Shown: in pieces, positions 18,449 to 25,135 of the stretch | Layout of the letters: every line of letters begins with the position of its first letter | Position numbering within the stretch: the stretch's first letter is position 1 | Source of the DNA: an uncultured Bacilli bacterium | GTDB taxonomy: Bacteria; Bacillota_I; Bacilli_A; RF39; UBA660 | Length of the DNA: 28,001 nucleotides | Assembly (NCBI GenBank): GCA_947598425.1 | Contig: CANQFH010000001.1 | Location: 1-28,001, forward strand | Direction of reading: 5' to 3' | The notes under the pieces: generated by a model | What the model was told of the DNA's origin: nothing | The model's database searches: none | Seen by the model: the letters and a program-made list of their open reading frames with translations, nothing else | Position numbers and translations under genes: made by a program

Positions 18449-18477
18449 ATTTTTCTATTTAGATAATGTTTACTAAA

Positions 18478-18795
18478 TTATTTAATATTAATTTTACTAA
18501 TATCAACATCATTTAAAAGAATATCACTATTATTAAATTCAATAAAAGTATTACCATCTTCTATACTATAATCTAAATTATTTAAAGGTATTGCTAATTC
18601 TAAATAATATTGAGGTACTTCTTCAATACCACTAGCTTTAAGAGCACTATTTTTTAAAGAATTATAAAATAATAAGATATTCTTATTAGTAACTAAAACA
18701 TTTAAATTATAAGAATAATCATCAATTTCAACATAACAATTGTCCTTTTCAAATAATACTGTTTCTTCTTTTTTAATAAAATCATAATTATACAT
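18478..18795 (-). CDS. Hypothetical protein, possibly bacterial PH-like fold
   Basis: GGAGG RBS before ATG 18795; VLVTNKNILLF resembles the LTNKRI strand of bacterial PH domains (weak). Confidence 0.65.
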   Translation of the reverse strand: MYNYDFIKKEETVLFEKDNCYVEIDDYSYNLNVLVTNKNILLFYNSLKNSALKASGIEEVPQYYLELAIPLNNLDYSIEDGNTFIEFNNSDILLNDVDISKINIK

Positions 18796-18807
18796 AACCA
18801 TTCCTCC

Positions 18808-19581
18808 TTATATAATTTTACTAATCTCTTGAAATACTTCTTCATCTAGTTGTTCAGCTCGAACATTCTCATCTAATTGATATTTATTTAAAACATCTAA
18901 TATTTTATCAAAATCATAATTACTTAAATTATTTTTTAAAGTCTTTCTTTTCATTTTAAAACTATCATTAATTAATTTAAAATACACTTCTTTATTAACA
19001 TCTAATTTAGTAGCTCTTTTGGTAAATTTAATAATGGCACTTTCAACTTTAGGCATGGGATTAAAACACTTCTTACTTACTTTAAATAACTTAATAACAT
19101 TATAATAATACTTTAAATATAAGGTAATACTACTATAATTTGAAGTACCAGGTAATGCTGTAAAACGATCAGCAACTTCCTCTTGAACCATAAATACCAT
19201 TTCTTGAATATCTAAATCTAAGTTAATTAAATATTTAATAATTGGAGTTGTTATATAATATGGAAGATTACCAACTATATATAAATGATGATATTTAATA
19301 TCTTTAATATCTTCTTTAATATTACTTTTTAAAATATCTTGATAAATAATTTTAGTACGATTATTTTCTAAATTATTTAAATAAGGCTTTAAATCAGTAT
19401 CGATTTCATAACATATCATTTGACAATTTTTTTGTTGCAAATACTTAGTTAAGGCTCCCATACCGGGACCTATTTCTATTAATAAATCATCTTCTTCTGG
19501 ATTAATATTATCACTTATCTTATTGATAATATTTTGATCGATTAAAAAATTTTGACCTAAAGTTTTTTTAGCTTTCACCAT
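18808..19581 (-). CDS. rsmA: 16S rRNA m6,2A1518/1519 dimethyltransferase
   Basis: KKTLGQNFL, EIGPGMGALT, VGNLPYYITTPI, F.PMPKVESA, RKTL.NNL, RAEQL. Start probably ATG 19581. Confidence 0.97.
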   Translation of the reverse strand: MVKAKKTLGQNFLIDQNIINKISDNINPEEDDLLIEIGPGMGALTKYLQQKNCQMICYEIDTDLKPYLNNLENNRTKIIYQDILKSNIKEDIKDIKYHHLYIVGNLPYYITTPIIKYLINLDLDIQEMVFMVQEEVADRFTALPGTSNYSSITLYLKYYYNVIKLFKVSKKCFNPMPKVESAIIKFTKRATKLDVNKEVYFKLINDSFKMKRKTLKNNLSNYDFDKILDVLNKYQLDENVRAEQLDEEVFQEISKII

Positions 19582-20107
19582 TACCCCATCCATTTCTTAA
19601 GACATCATAAGTAATAACTTTGCGTCCTAAGTTAAGGGCATAATCTAAATTAGGACTAAGTAAATCTAAGGAATTACCACGAACACCACGATCTAAAACA
19701 ATTGCCACTATTGGTTCTTTAGATAATTTATCATAAGAAAAACGCACAATAGAGCCACAAGATAAATTACTAGAAGATGCTACAATATGAACAGTACCAT
19801 AAGTATCATCATGATAAGTAGTTTTACCATCTTTTATATAATAACTAGGCATACAACCTAAAGTTCCATTACATAAAGGACAATTAAACACATAACCAGT
19901 TAAATCACCAGTATAAGTATCTTTAGCACTATAAATATCATTAGCTTTAAACTCTAAAGCTTTTAAAGCCATGGTAGATAAATTAACAGTTTTATTAATA
20001 TTATCACTATATGATTTAGTTTCAATAACTTTTATATAATTAGAAGCTGCTACTGCAAAAAGAATAATAATAAATATACGAATAATACGATTTAATACTT
20101 TTAGCAT
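19568..20107 (-). CDS. Membrane-anchored divergent 3D-domain (YabE-like) cell-wall protein
   Basis: N-terminal TM helix; LTGY, GSIVRF, VLDRG..GNSLDL resemble the 3D domain; occupies the yabE position upstream of ksgA. Confidence 0.6.
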   Translation of the reverse strand: MLKVLNRIIRIFIIILFAVAASNYIKVIETKSYSDNINKTVNLSTMALKALEFKANDIYSAKDTYTGDLTGYVFNCPLCNGTLGCMPSYYIKDGKTTYHDDTYGTVHIVASSSNLSCGSIVRFSYDKLSKEPIVAIVLDRGVRGNSLDLLSPNLDYALNLGRKVITYDVLRNGWGNGES

Positions 20108-20131
20108 TTTTCACCTTCTTTTATTAAGACA

Positions 20132-20160
20132 ATTATACAAAAGTTATAAAATTTTGTCAA
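20132..20160 (-). promoter_or_regulatory. Consensus sigmaA promoter of the 3D-rsmA operon
   Basis: TTGACA (20160-20155), 17 nt, TATAAT (20137-20132). Confidence 0.8.
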
Positions 20161-20225
20161 AAAAAAGCAGCTTTGATAATTATGAATTGCTTTTAAAAAT
20201 GGTCGAACAATAATTAAATAAAACA

Positions 20226-20648
20226 TTATATAATATATAGATTAAATTTTTCATTATAAGCAAGCCCTTCTTTCTCATAAGAGTATCTAAATATTTGATA
20301 AGCATTTCTTAATTCTTTTAAATTTAATTCAAAATCAATATTACGATCTTCAATAGAATAATACATCTTCTTTATTTCTTCTTGATCTTTATTATTTATT
20401 AAATGATACAATTTATAAAGATTATGGATACGACGACAAGTTTGTAAATTATTATACGCTAGACTTTTTAAAAACAATTCAATAGCAAAAATCATAATAC
20501 TATTTAATTCAATAGAATGAATTAGATTTGCTCTTAAAGAGATATTTATAATATTAACATAATTACATGCTGATTTATAAACACTAAAGGCATAGTCATG
20601 ATAATCTTCTTCATTTTTATCTTTATTTTTATCTAAATCTAAATACAT
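20226..20648 (-). CDS. HEPN-like domain protein
   Basis: FAIELFLKS, IHNLYKLY, FRYSYE match the helical HEPN pattern; AAGGAG RBS. Confidence 0.6.
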   Translation of the reverse strand: MYLDLDKNKDKNEEDYHDYAFSVYKSACNYVNIINISLRANLIHSIELNSIMIFAIELFLKSLAYNNLQTCRRIHNLYKLYHLINNKDQEEIKKMYYSIEDRNIDFELNLKELRNAYQIFRYSYEKEGLAYNEKFNLYII

Positions 20649-20762
20649 AATACTACTCCTTTATTTATATAATACTAAAATATTACTAATAATTAAAGAA
20701 TTTTAACTTTTTAATATAAGTATAAATGTCTTGTTATTTAACAAAATAATAATGTGATAAAT

Positions 20763-22169
20763 ATGGCAAATAATTTAAAAAAATATAATAAAAAAAGAAA
20801 CTTTAATAAAACTAAAGAACCAATTGGTAAAAAGAAAAAATCTTCACAAAAATTAAGATTTGTAGTGCAACATCATTTAGCAAGAAAAGATCATTATGAT
20901 TTACGATTAGAATGGAATGGAACAATGAAAAGTTGGGCAATACCTAAAGGGCCTTCATATAATCCTAAAGATAAAAGACTTGCCATCATGGTTGAAGATC
21001 ATCCCATTAGTTATCGTAATTTTGAAGGTGTAATACCAAAGGGTGAATATGGAGCAGGTACCGTTATGGTTTGGGATGAAGGTTATTGGGACGCTATTAC
21101 TAAAATAAATAAGTCATTTAACACGACCATGTTTAAATTTATTTTAAAAGGTAAGAGATTAAAAGGGGCTTGGACATTAATTAATTTTAAAGATGATAAT
21201 TGGTTACTTATAAAAGAAAAAGATGAATATTATGAATATCAAGATATTAAAAAATTAAATAAAAGTATTAAAACCAATAGAACTTTTACAGAAATAAAAA
21301 ATAATGTTACTAATACTAAGACATCAATTAAAAATAATATTATAGATAATATCACCATAACTAATCCTGATAAGGTAATATTTGATAAGCCTTTAATTAC
21401 TAAATTAGATTTAGCAATATATTATCATAAAGTAGGTAAAAGAATGTTACCTTTTATAAATAAGAGAATTATAAGTACGATAAGATGTCCTGAAGGAATC
21501 AAAAAAGATAAATTTTTTCAAAAACATTTAGATAATAACAATAAGGGTATTGGAAAGATAATATTAGAGAATGATAATAATAATAAAGAAGACTATTATT
21601 ATATAAAAGATATAAGTGGTCTTATTAGTGAAGTTCAAAGAAATAGTTTTGAGTTTCACACTTGGGGCAGTTTAGTTAATAAGTTAGAACATCCAGATAT
21701 TATGGTATTTGATTTAGATCCAGATGAAAATTTAAGTATTGCTAAAATACGTGAGGGAGTTAAAGATTTAAAAAGTATATTAGATGAATTACAATTAAAA
21801 AGTTATTTAAAAACTAGTGGTGGTAAAGGTTATCATGTAGTTGTACCAATTAAAGAAAAAATGACTTGGAAAAAGTTTAGAGAAACCGCTAAAAACATTG
21901 CTAAAATAATGGAAATAAAATGGCCTGATAAATATACTAGTAATATAAGAAAAAATAAAAGAAAGGGTAAAATATTCATTGATTGGGTGAGAAATACCAG
22001 ATCATCTACTTCAGTTAGTCCTTATTCAATTAGATTAAGAAATAATTGTCCGGTATCTATGCCTATTGCATGGAGAGAATTAGATAAGATTAAACCCAAT
22101 GAGATTGGGATTAAAGATGCTATTAAAAGATTAAATAGAAAAGATCCTTGGAGTGATTTCTTTGATTAA
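20763..22169 (+). CDS. ligD: LigD-family 3'-phosphoesterase plus primase-polymerase fusion, no ligase domain
   Basis: PE: KRNF.KT.EP, HHLARKDHYDLRLE, SWAIPKGP, EDHP, GEYGAG. POL: TNPDK, FDLDP, KTSGGKGYH, FIDW.RN, VSPYS. No KxDG ligase motif. Confidence 0.88.
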   Translation: MANNLKKYNKKRNFNKTKEPIGKKKKSSQKLRFVVQHHLARKDHYDLRLEWNGTMKSWAIPKGPSYNPKDKRLAIMVEDHPISYRNFEGVIPKGEYGAGTVMVWDEGYWDAITKINKSFNTTMFKFILKGKRLKGAWTLINFKDDNWLLIKEKDEYYEYQDIKKLNKSIKTNRTFTEIKNNVTNTKTSIKNNIIDNITITNPDKVIFDKPLITKLDLAIYYHKVGKRMLPFINKRIISTIRCPEGIKKDKFFQKHLDNNNKGIGKIILENDNNNKEDYYYIKDISGLISEVQRNSFEFHTWGSLVNKLEHPDIMVFDLDPDENLSIAKIREGVKDLKSILDELQLKSYLKTSGGKGYHVVVPIKEKMTWKKFRETAKNIAKIMEIKWPDKYTSNIRKNKRKGKIFIDWVRNTRSSTSVSPYSIRLRNNCPVSMPIAWRELDKIKPNEIGIKDAIKRLNRKDPWSDFFD

Positions 22170-22188
22170 ATAATTATTTTATACATGC

Positions 22189-22217
22189 AAAAAGATGTTT
22201 TTTTCAACATCTTTTTT
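22189..22217. terminator. Bidirectional intrinsic terminator between convergent genes
   Basis: AAAAAGATGTT-TTTTTC-AACATCTTTTT(T); T tails on both strands. Confidence 0.75.
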
Positions 22218-22218
22218 A

Positions 22219-23811
22219 TTAACTTATTGATAAGACTAGTCGGAAACCAACACTAGTATCCACGTTGCCATCACCAGCACCAAAGTAGAACTGGCCGGTC
22301 AAAACTCCGTTGTTCCAATTACCACCACGACGGAACCAAGGGTGGGAAACGACAACAAAATACGAGGCATCGGCATACCAACTATTATGATTTCGATCAC
22401 TATTGTCACTATCTTTAAATGCAAAGAATGGTCCCATTTCTCCTGTGGCATCACCTAAGATTCTTTTGTCATAAGAATTTTCACTACTATCTGCAGCATA
22501 AACATCAAAGTAATCTTTATATTTTCCTGTTAAATCTGTATCATTATCAAAACCACTATTTCCAGTATTTCCACTTATATATGAAGATACATATTCATAA
22601 GCACCTCCAGACATATCATACACTCCAGTGATATTTCCTGTGGTACTGGCTAAATAGCCCGTTGCAGTATTATATGGTTGAGATTTTCCATCATCACCTG
22701 TACTTTCTGTTCCTGGATTTGTGCTTTGATCAGCATTATATGAGGAGTATCCGGTTTTATATGTTTTGTTATTATTTATATTTATTTCTCCACCTATTCC
22801 ATAGGATGAGTGTGATAGATATGCTACTGCTCCCCATTCAGTATTCTTCATCATATGACTTTTTAATTCTATTTTATAGTTATATGCTGACATAAAGAAG
22901 TTCTTTACTGTAGCTTTTCTCCATGAGTATACATTTGGTTTTATGATTATTTTTGTTGAATCTTGTTTGTTTTGTTCAGCTCCTTGTGTAGTCCATCCTT
23001 CTGGTGTTATTTGAGTTTCATTTTCTCCATCTTGGTTATATCCTGTTTCAAATTTTCCTACCCAGATTCCATTTAATTCTATATCTCCTAAGGTAAATGC
23101 TGGATGAATTAAATAGTCGTTTACATTTATACCTGTACCTCCACTTGTTCCACTTTTTTTAGTTGTACTATCAACAATTACATGATTTGTATCTCCGAAT
23201 ACCACTTCTATTATTCTAGAATTATTTAATAATTTTCTTATTGCATATTGGTCACCAGTATCTTCTTTTATATTTGCTATATCACTAAACGGAATAACTT
23301 TATTATAATCCCCTGTGTTCCATATTTTATATTTATATCTTGGGATCCATACAAAATAACTTTCTATATCTTTTTCATCTATTTCATCTCCAGTAGAATA
23401 TTTTGTCTTTGCTTCATCTACTAATATTACTGCATTCGCCCATCTCTTTTCACTATAATTATACCATTCTGTATATAAATTGGCATATTTTACTGTTCCA
23501 TCTGGATCTATTGTTACTGGTATTAATCCTTGTTCTGAACCTTCTTTACTTAGTACTGGATCTGCTCCATTTAGTATTGGATCAACCCATTTTGTTGTAC
23601 TAACCCCACTTCTTTCATATAATTCATCTATTGATTTTTGAACATTTTCATAATCTCCATGACTTTCAGTATTATCATAACTTACTTCTTCACTATCTAT
23701 TGCAGCTATGTTGTCTAATGCGTATACACTTCCAATTGATAATACTAATCCAATTAATATTCCTACTATTAATTTATAATTGTTTTTTAATGTTTTAGAT
23801 ATTCCCTTCAT
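22219..23811 (-). CDS. Exported/anchored protein with C-terminal FGE-sulfatase/C-type-lectin-like domain; putative DGR target
   Basis: N-terminal signal/TM; HPAF, WVGKFETG, NTEWGAVAYL, GNITGVYDMSGGAYEYV, WFRRGGNW...GFRLV at the C-terminus. Confidence 0.75.
   Translation of the reverse strand: MKGISKTLKNNYKLIVGILIGLVLSIGSVYALDNIAAIDSEEVSYDNTESHGDYENVQKSIDELYERSGVSTTKWVDPILNGADPVLSKEGSEQGLIPVTIDPDGTVKYANLYTEWYNYSEKRWANAVILVDEAKTKYSTGDEIDEKDIESYFVWIPRYKYKIWNTGDYNKVIPFSDIANIKEDTGDQYAIRKLLNNSRIIEVVFGDTNHVIVDSTTKKSGTSGGTGINVNDYLIHPAFTLGDIELNGIWVGKFETGYNQDGENETQITPEGWTTQGAEQNKQDSTKIIIKPNVYSWRKATVKNFFMSAYNYKIELKSHMMKNTEWGAVAYLSHSSYGIGGEININNNKTYKTGYSSYNADQSTNPGTESTGDDGKSQPYNTATGYLASTTGNITGVYDMSGGAYEYVSSYISGNTGNSGFDNDTDLTGKYKDYFDVYAADSSENSYDKRILGDATGEMGPFFAFKDSDNSDRNHNSWYADASYFVVVSHPWFRRGGNWNNGVLTGQFYFGAGDGNVDTSVGFRLVLSIS
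22240..22380 (-). other. Putative DGR variable region (VR)
   Basis: Hand count over 22241-22380: 71/140 GC and 20/140 coding-strand A, versus 45/140 GC and 52/140 A in the preceding 140 nt; encodes RGG.W...G.F.F...G......GFR. Confidence 0.65.
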
Positions 23812-24251
23812 TATTCATTCCCTTTCCATATTCCATATAATTCATCTATGGCACATTGCACTGTCCCACAATTTGTTACTCCTTCTTGAGGTTTATATAT
23901 TAAATATTTAGCTTCGGCTGGTTCAAAGTATAATGTACAATATACTGCTACTTTACTCTTGACACTTATGCCATTATTAGTTCTTTTTAAAGCATCTTTC
24001 ACTAATTCTTCTTTACTATCTATACAATAACTTCTAGTAAAATTTATTATATATCCTTTAGGAAAGGTATTACCATCATATTTTACATAATCATCTTTTT
24101 CTCTTATATACATAGCAAACATTTTACTATCTATCTTATCATTTAATCTTACTATATCTAATTCTTTACTAGCATAACTTATGGGTATTACCAAAGTAAT
24201 AATACACATTAAGATAATAAAACTAATGATTTTTACCTTATACTGCTTCAT
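23811..24251 (-). CDS. Exported hypothetical protein
   Basis: Signal-peptide-like N-terminus, Cys pairs (SYC...YCTLYF, NCGTVQC), C-terminal VQCAIDELY; TAATG-coupled to the next gene. Confidence 0.75.
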   Translation of the reverse strand: MKQYKVKIISFIILMCIITLVIPISYASKELDIVRLNDKIDSKMFAMYIREKDDYVKYDGNTFPKGYIINFTRSYCIDSKEELVKDALKRTNNGISVKSKVAVYCTLYFEPAEAKYLIYKPQEGVTNCGTVQCAIDELYGIWKGNE

Positions 24252-24275
24252 AGTGGCTCACTCCTATTTAAATAC

Positions 24276-24313
24276 ATTATATCACAAAAAATACAATTTG
24301 TAATACAATTTGT
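24276..24313. promoter_or_regulatory. Divergent promoter region with a 12-bp tandem repeat (candidate operator)
   Basis: AATACAATTTGT twice (24290-24301, 24302-24313); minus-strand TGa-TATAAT at 24281-24276. Confidence 0.55.
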
Positions 24314-24367
24314 GTAACTTACTATTAGTATTATAAAATTTTAAAATTTTATACAAGGAGTGATATT

Positions 24368-24565
24368 ATGGAAAAGTTTAAATTACCGGATATTAGCAAG
24401 GAAAAATCAGTCTTAAAAACGATAAGAATCAAATATAGTACTTTATGTAAAATTGAAGAATTATGTCAAAGTAATAACATGTCTGTTAATAGATTAATTA
24501 ATGAATGTTTAGAATTTGCTTTAAATAACATTGAAGATGATGTTAAAGAAAAGATAGGCATATAA
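24368..24565 (+). CDS. Ribbon-helix-helix (Arc/CopG-like) DNA-binding protein
   Basis: KTIRI beta strand followed by helices ..KIEELC..NNMSVNRLINECL; AAGGAG RBS. Confidence 0.78.
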   Translation: MEKFKLPDISKEKSVLKTIRIKYSTLCKIEELCQSNNMSVNRLINECLEFALNNIEDDVKEKIGI

Positions 24566-24589
24566 AAGGATGTTTTTAATTAAACATCC
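24564..24589 (-). terminator. Intrinsic terminator after spoVT
   Basis: GGATGTTT-AATTAA-AAACATCC then TTTT on the minus strand. Confidence 0.65.
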
Positions 24590-25086
24590 AATTTATTTAC
24601 TATTAACTTTTGAATTATCTTTGCATATTTTAAATCTTCTTCACTTTTTTTAACATTCATAATAACAATTAAGCCACTACTATCAGAAGAAGTAACTATA
24701 GGTACTACGGTTATATAACCTTTTATATTACATATTACATCTTCTTTTTCAGGTATATATTCTTCTCTATTATCTATTAAATTCTTATATTTATTATCTA
24801 ATTCCATATTAATTACTTGTTGTAAATTATTACTTCCCACAATTACTTTTTCTCTATCAGTAATAATTACTCCAACATTACATACTTCACTTATAATATC
24901 ACACAATAACTTTCCTAAATCTTTAATATTCTCTACTTGAGAATATTTTTTTATTATTATATTATCATCATTAGTATAAATCTCTAATGGTTCACCATCT
25001 CTTATACCTAGATTACATCTTATTTCTTTAGGAACCACTATTCTACCTAATTCATCAATTCTTCTAGTAATTCCACCTTTACTCAT
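24580..25086 (-). CDS. spoVT: Stage V sporulation protein T (AbrB-type N-terminus plus GAF-like domain)
   Basis: GITRRIDELGRIVVPKEIR..LGIRDGEPLEIY, IITDRE, ITVVPI....SSG; follows mfd as in B. subtilis. Confidence 0.9.
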   Translation of the reverse strand: MSKGGITRRIDELGRIVVPKEIRCNLGIRDGEPLEIYTNDDNIIIKKYSQVENIKDLGKLLCDIISEVCNVGVIITDREKVIVGSNNLQQVINMELDNKYKNLIDNREEYIPEKEDVICNIKGYITVVPIVTSSDSSGLIVIMNVKKSEEDLKYAKIIQKLIVNKLDV

Positions 25087-25135
25087 ATACTACACACTCC
25101 TATACTATAGTCTATATAATTTTAATAAAACTATA

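Noticed and set aside
20731-20744. Palindrome TTGTTA-TT-TAACAA upstream of ligD
   Set aside because: Does not match the Gram-positive LexA box (CGAAC-N4-GTTCG); an AT-rich 6-bp arm is plausible by chance.
22419-23603. + strand ORFs 22419-22631, 22662-22895, 23403-23603 as DGR accessory genes
   Set aside because: Antisense shadows of the 530-aa gene with atypical composition; no Avd or RT features, and no TR copy of the VR found in the window.
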